Positions 27,801-37,494 are shown, numbered from the stretch's first letter. The stretch is 42,340 bases of DNA from Bacteroidales bacterium (GCA_028282585.1 JANQHR010000035.1:1-42340); one strand, 5' to 3'. The notes: generated from the letters alone by a model not told the origin. Numbers and translations are program-made.

Positions 27801-30800
27801 ATTAAGAAAGGCCCCTTAAAAGCAGGGTTCGATGTAGGAGTTGTCGGTATTATTGAAGGTGCCCTTGCAAAATTTACGCCTTATAATGATAGCGAAATTG
27901 CCACAACATCAAATATGGGTGTTTTTGGTGGTGATTATTATTACCTGATGAAAGGTACGATAGGAATCCGTGGTTGTTTATACGGCTCTGTCGATTTTTC
28001 TGTTATTAGTGCAAGTTTTGTTGTTGAAGTATATGTTGTTGTAATTGCTGAACTTGAAGCTTATAACAAAATGGATTTGGCTATCGCAGCCGGGTTAAGC
28101 ATTAGTTTAACAGTAAAAATAAGCCTTGGGTTCTTTTCAGTAAAACTTCACCTTTCGTTTTCTTACAGGCTCGAAGAAAAGATCACCATTGGCGAAGACA
28201 GGCGAACAGAAGCACCATGGTACGATACTCCTTCAATATCCAATACGTTCATGTATGCTGCCATCGCAAATACTAATTTTGCATTAAACTGGAAACCAAT
28301 TTTAAAAGAAGAAGTTGAAAAACCTATCCCATTAGATGCTTATTTTGTACCAAACCTCAATGTTTCTTATAAAGATGATATAAAGAAAACAGGGCTTACA
28401 GCCAATTATGTAGCAACCTTATTTATGGATAGCCATAAGGATGCATCAGATTTGTCTTCATTCTATCAAATTAGTGAAGATATTTTCCGTTGGGCTGTAT
28501 ATGCCGGAATGAGCGAAACCGGCCTTACCAGAAAAGAGATTGATGAAAAAATAGTTTCTTCGGAACTTTTAAGCAATATTAATAGCGTATTAAACAGTGA
28601 TACCATAACTCCTATTCTTTATGATAATATCAAAGAATTTATTGCCGAACTTTTTATCATTAATATACAGCTATTAACCAACTCGTGCAAGAACCTTAAA
28701 AACAATGAGCTTGAAGCTACATTATTCCCTATTATCCCTGATTTAACACTAAATATTCCCAAATACAAAGATGCTGAAGAAATTAATAGAGAATTTAGTA
28801 ACTATAACACGTGTACTGAAGATTACTTAAAGCAGGTTAAAGAATATTTTAAAAAGCTTGCTGTACAAGTCGAAAAAGAACAATATACTAAAACGAAACT
28901 AAAAGATGCTAATAACAATTCAGGCCAATCATTTGCTACTTACGTATTCGAAGACTATTTCCTTTTAATAGCAAGGCATTTGATACAAACCGGAATTGAT
29001 AGTATTAAAACGTACAAATATACGATTAAGAATGATGACAGTTTACAAAGCATCTATGGTTGGGCTAAAAATCTAAGCTCGGATGAAATGACCTATGCAA
29101 GCATTGTTACGAATAATGCCACGCACCCTTTAACTCCTGGAAATGATATTTCTGTTGGAGATACAACTCATACTGTAAAAGATCATGATACATTCAGTTC
29201 AATAGCTAACCAACACCTGGTTACATTAGAAAGCATAGCTAATAACTCAAATAACCAATCCATAAAAAATATCTTTATGGATGGTAAACTGAACATCACC
29301 GGCCTGGAAAGTTTGAAAGTATCAGATATCATTGAAAATATAAACCAAAACGATTCAATAAAACAACTGTCAGGAATGGCATCAAGGTACCATTTACATG
29401 GTTTAAGGCTGCCTATTGAACCCGAAAAAAATAATAATACAAAATCATTATTCAATTTTACCGGGCAACAATTTGAGTTACCTCCAATCGATCCAGTTAA
29501 TAACAAAAAAGCTAACACTGAAACCTACCAAATTAACCTTAAAAAAGATTCGGGTATTAACTGGATTTCTTTTGATTCAACGGACCCAAATAGTTTACTA
29601 TTCAAACTTACTGACAACCATGAAATAAGCAGGATAAATAATGTATATGGCGAAGCTGGTAAAACAAGCCCAACTATTCTTTCCGTAAAACCAATTAAGA
29701 ACTTTACTGAAACAGCGGCTCATTATTCATTTAAAAGTGTAATGAAATGGAATGCGAAAGATGAATTTAATGAGGCATGGCTTCCTTTGATTTGGAATTT
29801 CCCCAATAGCCTATCCGTTGTTCTTGAACAATCAAAGCTTATAGATCCGAAATTCTCAATTAAAATTGGTGAATTTAATGCAGTAAAATCACAAATGGAA
29901 TATAAAGATTCTGAAAAGAACTTTTGGGCTACTTTAGTAAAAGTTACAATTAAAAAACGGCATGTAGGTGATGGTAATTTAACATACGACCTGATCGGGG
30001 CAGATGAAAAAGGAGTTGCTCTGCTTGAGCGTTTATTGTTGGATTTAAACCATAAAGGCAGCAGTATAATTGATGATTTGAGAATTCTTTATAAACCCAA
30101 TCCTACCGCTGATGAAAAAGAAGGGTTCATCTCAGACGGGAATAACAACATTCAAAGTTTTATTACCCAATCGAACCTTTCCAATGAAACAAATCCCCCA
30201 GAGAGAGTTCAGATGCTGCGTTTTATGGTTGAAGCAGAAGAACCTAACAAAGGAATCCTCAATAAAAAGGAAGATTTTATTCGTTTATTATGGCAATGCA
30301 GTATTGTCCGTTCCGGAGGGTACTCCCTTTTCTACAACGTATTAGAAAGTAATACGGGCATACCGGATTCGGTATTTAATGAAGATGGAACCGGGGATAT
30401 TTTCCTTCTCATTTCATATTCTGAAAAGCAATTGCTAAGCAATTATATGAATACTGCTGTAACTGGTGATAATATAAATATAAGTTCAGATGTTGTTTTT
30501 GCAAACTCGGAAGCACAAGCTGGAATAAATTATGCAGTTAAAGCTGACGATTCTCTTAAATCCGTCAAAGCCCAATATCATATTAGGTATGGCCGCCTTG
30601 CAGAACTCAACAAAACCAAAACGCTTCGAGAAGGAATTAAATTAAAAGTTAGAAACGAATATTATACAATAAACTCTAAGAATCCTGCAGGCAATACATT
30701 TGAAAGTATATCAACCTATTATAACATTGGTATTATTGCTTTGGGCAGCGATTCGGAGAACATTGTCCTTGAAGGTATTTTTGCAGATGGAGTTGTTCTT

Positions 30801-33800
30801 GATATTATAGATGAGCTTACACAAAAAGGCTCTATTGTTTCTCAAGGCAATACAGGATTTCAAGTTAACAGAGATAATCCCGGCGAGGTTCCGGGCATAG
30901 AAGACCCACTTTATGCGGAAAAATATTTAAAGAACCTATTCAGTATGCTTAGTTATGGATTAAAAGATAACGAAGGGTTCATTTCTACGATAAACGGGTT
31001 ACCCGCTGGGCCATTGAAAAACCATGATAATGAACAAAACAAAAACTCTAAAACAAAGGTAACAAACGAAGATGAAAATTGGGTTTACAAACAAATAATT
31101 CCGGTTAACCGCTATGCAAAATATAATCCAATACCTGAAAACAAAGATAAGAGCGAAAGCGATCATCCTTGCTACAAAAGAAATCCTTATTCGGGAATTG
31201 GGCAATTTGCGCAATTCAACTACTTTTGGGTAGATATTTACGGAAACCTAAATACAAATCCAATAACCGAAAATATTCAACCTTTATACGTAGGTTATGT
31301 TGATAAACTAACATCTATTTCAGAATGGCCTTCGGTTGGAATTCAGTACTCATTTGATTTAGATAACGATACACCACAATTAAAAGTAAACTTTAATTTT
31401 AATGATTCAAGGTATAGTGATCCCGAAAAAGGTAAAAGCAATGCTAAAGATGACCTTGAAATTTATAAGAATATCTATTACCAGTTAAACCAGAAAGAAA
31501 AAATTGAAACAAACTCTGGTGTTGAATTTAAAAACCATGTAAGCCTTAAATTTCAAACTTCATTACTTAAAGAAAAGGATTATTCAATAAATTATGATAG
31601 CCTGAGAAACTTTATACTAACTATTTACCAATACCTTTATCAACTGGTTAATTCCAATACGCCAACGAATTCATCGAATGTTGATGATGTTGTTTTAACC
31701 AAGAATATTGAAGTTGATTATAGCAAAGAGGGTATATTTAAAGACAGTGATTTTCTTGACTTAAAGGTTTCATTGACATTTGAACGTTCAGAACACCTTA
31801 TAGATGATAACTTTAGGGATTCTACAGAAGTGTTTAGGTCAGTAAGTTATATCAAACCTCAAACTCAGTTTTCACAAAGCTTAAAATCCGGCAAAAACGA
31901 GAATACAAAGAATCATTCCATTATTGAGTTTGCTAAAAAGTTCGAGGATATTTTTAATAAGCCTGAAAATCAGTTTATATTAAAAATAGCTACCGGAATT
32001 GGTAAAAATAATACCAATAACTCAGATGGTGATAAAGAAATTCAGGTGGTTAAATTCTGTAATAGCGATTCGGGAAGTTTATCGTACCATATTAAAAATG
32101 CTCCTGCATTCTACGCTCCCAAGCCTTTATCAACAAAGTTAGAATCAAAAAGCAACGTACCGTTTTTTGATTATACAACAGAAAAAGGCATCGATTTTAG
32201 CAAACCATCATCCTATAAAAACCTGAATGGAATAGATATGGATGTTTGGGGTAAAAATTTTCTCGAAGCGGTAGACCTTATACTTTCACCTGAATATTCA
32301 GAGCCTATTTTCTTTGTAGGCAAGTTAAGCAATAATGATTTTCTTAAAAATTTATTGGATTACAAGAATTCTCTTGCTAAAGGAATACAAAACCACATTT
32401 CAAACATTCTTGAAAAGGATTCAGGAAGAAGCCCTGAGAAAGTAGCTGTAGCAAAAGAAAAGCTATACCAACAACTATTAATTGAATTGAGCAATGCATA
32501 CAAAATTGATGCTGTAATTCAATATGATGTGGATGTTAAAACAAACCCTGATGATTCAAACGGTGGTATCGCACCCCGCCTGTTCGGAAAACCTGAACTC
32601 TTAAATAGCGATGGAAGCAAAATGAATAATATTGCTAAAGATTTTTCATTATCTACAGGCAAGATATCTCTTCAAGCTGGCCAAGAATCGTGTTTAAATC
32701 TTATTTTTAGCACTAAACTTGCAAAAGAACAGAGTAATGTGCCGGTTAATTTAAATTACATTACCAGCCACCTTGAATACGAAATTTCCTCGGTAAAAGA
32801 ACTTAGCCCGTATGAAATTTCTTCGTGGTTATCTTTTGCTGTTCCGCCTAGGCTGGAAAACCCAGCCTCCATAGCTATTTCTCCCTTAAAAAAAGAAATT
32901 GGCAAAACTATTGTTCCAGTTCCATTAAGGTGTTATCCAAAACCACCTTCGTTAACTCAACAAATGGGAAGGAATTCAAAACCTGGCGGAAAAGGAGCTA
33001 TTGAAAATGCAACCAACTGGGATTATTGCTTCACCTATTCGGTAGGCCATGCTGCGCAGGATATAATAAATGCTGAAATTATGTTCAACCTTGAACCTCA
33101 GGGGATGTTAATGGCATTAAAAGCGCCTAAGTATAACCTGTTTGAAGAGTTAGCAGAGTTTAATTCGGTTTACAACCAAATAAAAAATGATTTTACAACT
33201 TCTCTGTTAAAGGTAAACTCTAAAACTACAAAAGATAGCCCTGATTATAAAAACGCTTTATCCGCAGTCGAGTCTTTCAGTAAGATTACGGAAAGAATTT
33301 CTTTAGCATGGAGTGGCTGGGTACCTAAAACTAAATTGCTGCATGGGCTTAAATCCAACGTATCTTCTGTTAAATTTCAAATTGAAGAAACAGAATTGGG
33401 CCATACCGTTAAAGATATTCCTAAAGATAGCTTAGTTGTTAAAATTAACCCGGAATCTCTTTCTGATTCCCTTGATATTGTTATTGAAGGTTATACTTCG
33501 GAATACCATACTGATGAAATCAATGGCTTTGTTTACTCTAAAAACACAAATGGTACTAAAGAATACTTGCAATTTGAAGATGCACTGGCAATTTCCGACA
33601 GGCAAGTAGCTTATAAAGAATTAAACATACTGGAAATACAAAATGCTCTTTCTTCTGTTTCAATAACCCGAAATGAAACCCTCATTGAAGGGCAAAAAAC
33701 AAGTGAAGAATTTATTTACAGGACTCCTGATGTAAAATTTGCGAATAGGTTAATTCCATTGCTAACTTATGATGAAGAAATTGATATTTCCAAAATAGGC

Positions 33801-34223
33801 AATACAAAAAATGAAAAAAGAACTTTGGAAAACCACTTGTCGGTATTCTTTAAATCATTACTAGACAAAGGAATTAACGAGGCTGAAATTAAATTGGAAT
33901 GTAAATACGAATATCCACTGAACGGAGCATTAGATCATAAAGGCAATGCCATGGTGCCGATTACACTTCCGGTATTGCTTGCTACACCTTTCACATTTAA
34001 AATTCCTGCCGATTTTGAAATGAAAGATTGTAAAAACAATCATAAAGAAGCTTTTGTATGTGTATTAAGTGATAAAATTAGATCCTGGTTATCAGGAAAT
34101 AAACCATTAACGGAGGATGCTAAATTACTTTTTGACATTTCTGTTTTTTCGCAGTTAAATGAGAGCAAAATGCCATTGGTAACGTTAAGCAAGGTAGTAT
34201 TGCCATATGATAGCATTAAATAA
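24900..34223 (+). CDS. Giant (~3107 aa) protein with N-terminal beta-rich repeats and LysM-like modules
   Basis: 9.3-kb ORF; ATG 24900 is preferred over GTG 24870, which lies within the upstream gene. LysM-like segments: YTIKNDDSLQSI, HTVKDHDTFSSIANQHLVTLESIA, YAVKADDSLKSVKAQYHIRYGRLAELN. No signal peptide. Confidence 0.9.
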   Translation: MDLKDIAEKLKAKIQGGKLCLDNSVINDESFKFILQFLPKKKIELIVKPEDIVVTDDKTMAISGKTSLYNISGQSETVISINDDKTVDSEFTCTIGGLNFTKLISLGLIPTDIYDPSPLLPTLPFDEIDITASSKKLNYELASKISKNKINLLSNIGLSLENLGFCITQTMIPFSENKDTQLLLFGTFNLGKTSIDVNLTVPISQSSVKNQWNLSFFTKTTLAGEIQDITQLFLGFNIFEFLPPGFSSLLNFSIEKLQINFDPVKTSIKYIQATISNPQPFTIGNSLEIKQVGLTLSWSKVDNKSSLSALVFGKFQIGKDDEPTKILLDVSMSMPSGSADWAIDISGSLENKGFEDVFKAMPGSSSSNIPALPIGLDLKKIELVYLTIGFNPASKTLSLISFNVQTELDFKIVAGVLDAKNPYAQFDIKNPLNTANRELTGKVGGDLIIGDVLSLRLQASKPASDSGWLFYAGMLPGEKLELKNIIDTFLKEFAVSNLPDWLKPDLSIEGASVEVQAPAKEGQNAAYKVKGKADWKLQYPNNTNPIIDTNVFAELEINYDKNKSSEHPYSGLIKGGVENVPLIGSDLELGYKFDESKKELFVQWRALTGSIITKGNDKIIQITIGDESVGSLITYLVGLATHNKNFQLDEPWNLLNHISLKGFKLSYNLSTKEVDVSYTLPKKIDLLFIVIEGITLKTENKKVMLAIDGSSHVGPAFDDLLNKDKGSDVQNLPGVPGKGNKYFDLRLLALGQHVEFETNKTEISEVIEDMRGIFKEPTEEKAFPLKLNPDNHWLFATNFGIMKDESANEYTVDLGIVFNDPELYGLKLKMGGKYAKVFKGLEFEILYKKITDSIGMFKAELTLPDSVRYLTFGEINIVLPVIGLEIFTNGDFKIDLGFPYDLNFSRSFAVSGIIMAGPVPLPLMGLGGIYFGKLSGPTSSKVPVTTKGLFNPVLEFGLGLQIGFGFVIKKGPLKAGFDVGVVGIIEGALAKFTPYNDSEIATTSNMGVFGGDYYYLMKGTIGIRGCLYGSVDFSVISASFVVEVYVVVIAELEAYNKMDLAIAAGLSISLTVKISLGFFSVKLHLSFSYRLEEKITIGEDRRTEAPWYDTPSISNTFMYAAIANTNFALNWKPILKEEVEKPIPLDAYFVPNLNVSYKDDIKKTGLTANYVATLFMDSHKDASDLSSFYQISEDIFRWAVYAGMSETGLTRKEIDEKIVSSELLSNINSVLNSDTITPILYDNIKEFIAELFIINIQLLTNSCKNLKNNELEATLFPIIPDLTLNIPKYKDAEEINREFSNYNTCTEDYLKQVKEYFKKLAVQVEKEQYTKTKLKDANNNSGQSFATYVFEDYFLLIARHLIQTGIDSIKTYKYTIKNDDSLQSIYGWAKNLSSDEMTYASIVTNNATHPLTPGNDISVGDTTHTVKDHDTFSSIANQHLVTLESIANNSNNQSIKNIFMDGKLNITGLESLKVSDIIENINQNDSIKQLSGMASRYHLHGLRLPIEPEKNNNTKSLFNFTGQQFELPPIDPVNNKKANTETYQINLKKDSGINWISFDSTDPNSLLFKLTDNHEISRINNVYGEAGKTSPTILSVKPIKNFTETAAHYSFKSVMKWNAKDEFNEAWLPLIWNFPNSLSVVLEQSKLIDPKFSIKIGEFNAVKSQMEYKDSEKNFWATLVKVTIKKRHVGDGNLTYDLIGADEKGVALLERLLLDLNHKGSSIIDDLRILYKPNPTADEKEGFISDGNNNIQSFITQSNLSNETNPPERVQMLRFMVEAEEPNKGILNKKEDFIRLLWQCSIVRSGGYSLFYNVLESNTGIPDSVFNEDGTGDIFLLISYSEKQLLSNYMNTAVTGDNINISSDVVFANSEAQAGINYAVKADDSLKSVKAQYHIRYGRLAELNKTKTLREGIKLKVRNEYYTINSKNPAGNTFESISTYYNIGIIALGSDSENIVLEGIFADGVVLDIIDELTQKGSIVSQGNTGFQVNRDNPGEVPGIEDPLYAEKYLKNLFSMLSYGLKDNEGFISTINGLPAGPLKNHDNEQNKNSKTKVTNEDENWVYKQIIPVNRYAKYNPIPENKDKSESDHPCYKRNPYSGIGQFAQFNYFWVDIYGNLNTNPITENIQPLYVGYVDKLTSISEWPSVGIQYSFDLDNDTPQLKVNFNFNDSRYSDPEKGKSNAKDDLEIYKNIYYQLNQKEKIETNSGVEFKNHVSLKFQTSLLKEKDYSINYDSLRNFILTIYQYLYQLVNSNTPTNSSNVDDVVLTKNIEVDYSKEGIFKDSDFLDLKVSLTFERSEHLIDDNFRDSTEVFRSVSYIKPQTQFSQSLKSGKNENTKNHSIIEFAKKFEDIFNKPENQFILKIATGIGKNNTNNSDGDKEIQVVKFCNSDSGSLSYHIKNAPAFYAPKPLSTKLESKSNVPFFDYTTEKGIDFSKPSSYKNLNGIDMDVWGKNFLEAVDLILSPEYSEPIFFVGKLSNNDFLKNLLDYKNSLAKGIQNHISNILEKDSGRSPEKVAVAKEKLYQQLLIELSNAYKIDAVIQYDVDVKTNPDDSNGGIAPRLFGKPELLNSDGSKMNNIAKDFSLSTGKISLQAGQESCLNLIFSTKLAKEQSNVPVNLNYITSHLEYEISSVKELSPYEISSWLSFAVPPRLENPASIAISPLKKEIGKTIVPVPLRCYPKPPSLTQQMGRNSKPGGKGAIENATNWDYCFTYSVGHAAQDIINAEIMFNLEPQGMLMALKAPKYNLFEELAEFNSVYNQIKNDFTTSLLKVNSKTTKDSPDYKNALSAVESFSKITERISLAWSGWVPKTKLLHGLKSNVSSVKFQIEETELGHTVKDIPKDSLVVKINPESLSDSLDIVIEGYTSEYHTDEINGFVYSKNTNGTKEYLQFEDALAISDRQVAYKELNILEIQNALSSVSITRNETLIEGQKTSEEFIYRTPDVKFANRLIPLLTYDEEIDISKIGNTKNEKRTLENHLSVFFKSLLDKGINEAEIKLECKYEYPLNGALDHKGNAMVPITLPVLLATPFTFKIPADFEMKDCKNNHKEAFVCVLSDKIRSWLSGNKPLTEDAKLLFDISVFSQLNESKMPLVTLSKVVLPYDSIK

Positions 34224-34269
34224 GTTTATAAGGAGCCCGGGTAGTTTAAAAACAGAACGAAAGAATTAG

Positions 34270-35031
34270 CTATATAACCGTAAACTTTTTAAATACTTTA
34301 TCCCGGTGAGCTTTACTTACCGGGATATGTTTTTCATCAATGTACAACATATTTCCCTCGAAACCGGATATGTTTTCAATATTTACGACAAATGACCTAT
34401 GTACCCTCATAAATTGGTCTTCGGGAAGCTTTTGTTCAATCTTTTTTAAAACAATCGAGTACATAAACTTACCATTTTTAGTATTTATCGCAGTATAATT
34501 GCTACTTGCCTCAAGCCATAAAATATTTTTTAGTTCAACACGCTCAAAATAACTATCCCGTTTTTTTAAAAACAAGCTATCTTTAAGCTGCAACACCTGG
34601 TTATCTTCTTCTGTGAATACCTGGTTCGATGAAATTTCCTCTGCTGGTTTAGACTTGGAAAAATTGGTTAAAGCCATCTCAATAGCTACTTGCACCTGCC
34701 TATCATTAAAAGGTTTAAGCATATATGCATAAGGTTTAACTTTTTTTGCCCTTTCTACCAATGGTTTATTTGCATAAGATGTTAAAAACAGGAAAGGAAT
34801 TTTAAATTGCGTATTAATGATTTCTGCAAGATCAATACCGTCTTGTTTCCCTTGTAAAAAAATGTCAAGAATTGCCATATCAACCCTTTTACTTTGCAAG
34901 ATATGTATTGCTTTATCCACACTTTCGGCTATTCCAATAATCAGGTATCCGGCTTCCGTAAGCCTCAACGCAATATCTTCAGCCAACGTAATTTCATCTT
35001 CAACAATCAGTAACCTTATTTTTTCACTCAT
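34270..35031 (-). CDS. LytTR-family response regulator
   Basis: REC domain (LIVEDE, ILDI, FLTS, KP) plus LytTR domain (LEASSNYT, FMRVHRSFVVN, IPVS). Confidence 0.95.
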   Translation of the reverse strand: MSEKIRLLIVEDEITLAEDIALRLTEAGYLIIGIAESVDKAIHILQSKRVDMAILDIFLQGKQDGIDLAEIINTQFKIPFLFLTSYANKPLVERAKKVKPYAYMLKPFNDRQVQVAIEMALTNFSKSKPAEEISSNQVFTEEDNQVLQLKDSLFLKKRDSYFERVELKNILWLEASSNYTAINTKNGKFMYSIVLKKIEQKLPEDQFMRVHRSFVVNIENISGFEGNMLYIDEKHIPVSKAHRDKVFKKFTVI

Positions 35032-35052
35032 TTTCCCAAATTAAAACACCCA

Positions 35053-36852
35053 TTATTTTATTATACTAATCTTCCAATTGCAACCATTTGTATTTTTAAA
35101 ATCCAACTGTGCATTTAATTGCTTCATTAAAGAATTAACAAGTTTGAGCCCAAATGAATCGGTTTTAGCATTTAAATTTTCTTCAGGAACACCCCTGCCG
35201 TTATCCCGGACCCATACAACCAAATGATTATCTGTTTCCTTTGCCGAAATATTTAGGGTAGGGTTAACCTGGCCATAAAAAGCATGTTTAAGAGAGTTAG
35301 TTATTAGCTCATTTATTACCAATCCCAATGGAATTGCAGTATCAATATCGGTTTCAACATTCTCTAATTCCAGGTTTAGTTTCACTTTCTTATCAAAGCA
35401 ATGTACTAAATTCATTGCCAACTCCTCAATATATTCATTCAATGCAATTTTGGTATGATGGTCCTCCTGGTATAACTTCTGATGTACCAGTGAAAGAGCT
35501 TCTACTCTGTACTTCCCTGCTCTTAAAGTCTCCGCTGCAGGATGCCCCTTTAACTGATGCGATTGAAGATTTAATAAGCTTGATATCATTTGCAGATTAT
35601 TTTTTACCCTGTGATTTAACTCTTTAAGTAAAATAGCCTTTTCATCTTCTCTTTTTTGTATAATTTCCTTCTGATCATTTAATATGCGATTAGCTTGCTT
35701 AGATTTTTTATAAAGTCGTAATAGAAAAAAACTTAAAACTATAAATAGGATAAAACCACCACCTAAACCGTAGCCAATGCTTCTTTGTATTTTGTTTGTT
35801 TTGTTAAGGAATTCTATTTCCGTTTCTTTCTTCTCCATTTCATATTCACCACGCAGTTGTTCTATTTTCCTCACATTTTCATAATTTATGATGCTATCAC
35901 GATAAATTTCAAATTCTTTTCGGTAAGTTAAAGCATTTTTAAATTGCCCGTTAGATTCATAATAGATAGCAAGCTTTTTACTTATATCACAAATCTGCTC
36001 TTTTAAACCTTCTCTCTTTGATATTTTTAAACTCTCAAGCAGTAAATCCTCGCCCGAAGTAAGGTTACCTTCTTGTATGAGAATATGACCCATTTCCGAC
36101 TTATAAACAGCTACAGAATAAGGATCTCCCAGTTCAACAAGTATATCAATTGCCTGACTTAATTCATTTTTGGCCAGCTCAAATTTTCTTCGGGAAGAAT
36201 GAACCATTCCTAAGTTTCCAATAGAGTATGCATGTATAAGGTCATTATTCATAGTTTGATTTACTTCCAGGCTCTCATTAAAACAAGCCTCGGCACTGTC
36301 AAGTATATTTTCTAGGCGGTACGCTTCACCAAGGTTAATATTAAGAGCAGCAATATTAAAAGTATCCTTTAGTTCTTCATAAATGGTTAAACTCCTTTTT
36401 AAATATTTGATGCCATTCTTAAAATTTTTATTATCAATATATAAAACTCCAATTTGCGTGTTAATTGCAGCTTGAGGTTCAATAAGGTCTAATTCTTCGT
36501 ATATCTTGAGAGCTTCAATGGAAGCATAAAAAGATTCAACCAAATTGCCCAGAATTCTAAGATTTAAAGCTATTTCTGCCAGTGCTTTAGCTTTTAAAGT
36601 AACATCTTCTGATTCTTGAGACAGAAGAAGTGCTTCCTGAGCATATTCTAAGCCAACTTGAGGTGTTTCGTACTTTGCAATTTCCAGGTAAATTTCTATC
36701 TTATCTTGCAAATCAATATGTTGGCTTTTTAATAAAGAAATGAGGCTGTCAGCTTTTTGTTTATCCTGGGCGTTAACAGTATTGAGCATGCAAATAATGC
36801 CAAACAGGAATATTTTACAAAATTTAATCATCTTATTTTCACTATACTTCAT
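35053..36852 (-). CDS. TPR-sensor histidine kinase (HisKA_2 type)
   Basis: Signal peptide, periplasmic TPRs, a single TM, ELNHRVKNNLQ, NELITNSLKHAF, DNGRG, SFGL. The start may be the second Met (MIKFCK). Confidence 0.93.
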   Translation of the reverse strand: MKYSENKMIKFCKIFLFGIICMLNTVNAQDKQKADSLISLLKSQHIDLQDKIEIYLEIAKYETPQVGLEYAQEALLLSQESEDVTLKAKALAEIALNLRILGNLVESFYASIEALKIYEELDLIEPQAAINTQIGVLYIDNKNFKNGIKYLKRSLTIYEELKDTFNIAALNINLGEAYRLENILDSAEACFNESLEVNQTMNNDLIHAYSIGNLGMVHSSRRKFELAKNELSQAIDILVELGDPYSVAVYKSEMGHILIQEGNLTSGEDLLLESLKISKREGLKEQICDISKKLAIYYESNGQFKNALTYRKEFEIYRDSIINYENVRKIEQLRGEYEMEKKETEIEFLNKTNKIQRSIGYGLGGGFILFIVLSFFLLRLYKKSKQANRILNDQKEIIQKREDEKAILLKELNHRVKNNLQMISSLLNLQSHQLKGHPAAETLRAGKYRVEALSLVHQKLYQEDHHTKIALNEYIEELAMNLVHCFDKKVKLNLELENVETDIDTAIPLGLVINELITNSLKHAFYGQVNPTLNISAKETDNHLVVWVRDNGRGVPEENLNAKTDSFGLKLVNSLMKQLNAQLDFKNTNGCNWKISIIK

Positions 36853-36939
36853 AACTTTCCAATAGATAAAGTAATCTCTTATAAAATATCCCTATACTCG
36901 AATCAAATAAATACTTACGTGCTTATTTTCAAGGTGAAC

Positions 36940-37494
36940 TTAACCATTTGGCCTAACCTTTATAAAAGGGTCAATTTTGCCATAACGGTAAATCTGGTTT
37001 TGGTCCTTAAACCTGAATTTAATTGAATAAATCAGGTTATGATCTTTATGAATGGTTGGTTGAGTTTTTATTTTCAAAACATCAGGTTCAGTTTCCGATA
37101 TAAGTAACCTGCCATCCGCATCAACAGAAAGCTTACTTTCAGCATCAAAAACAAATATTTCTTCCCAATCACTTTGTTCCGGTTGCCTGTGCCCTTCAAG
37201 TTTTTGAACCATTTCCATAATAACCTTACAATCATCTACTTGGTTTTCAACTTCAACACTTTCTACAATTTCACTGTCTAAAACCAAAATTTTAAAAACA
37301 TATTCACTAGTATGACCCCAGTTAATTATACTCCCGGTAGGGCCTGTAAATGAACATTCGGATGCCATTAACTTACAAAATGAATCGGCTATACAAGGGC
37401 TTGCATAATCGCCCCAGTCAGGATTATTATTGTCTTTATAAAAATTTATTAAACCATTTACATCTATTATAATTCTCATTGTAATTTGTGCCAT
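36940..37494 (-). CDS. Hypothetical protein, possibly AidA/PixA inclusion-body-like
   Basis: N-terminal strand MRIIIDV followed by ...Y..P, and C-terminal YSIKFRF...YGKIDPFIKV. These resemble the I.ID start and Y...F....DP.I.V end I recall for AidA/PixA proteins. Confidence 0.55.
   Translation of the reverse strand: MAQITMRIIIDVNGLINFYKDNNNPDWGDYASPCIADSFCKLMASECSFTGPTGSIINWGHTSEYVFKILVLDSEIVESVEVENQVDDCKVIMEMVQKLEGHRQPEQSDWEEIFVFDAESKLSVDADGRLLISETEPDVLKIKTQPTIHKDHNLIYSIKFRFKDQNQIYRYGKIDPFIKVRPNG

Noticed and set aside
17574-34223. Contractile injection system, T6SS, Tc toxin or Rhs locus
   Set aside because: I recognised no sheath, tube, baseplate, VgrG/PAAR, YD-repeat or SpvB-like motifs. 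Remote homology cannot be excluded without profile searches.
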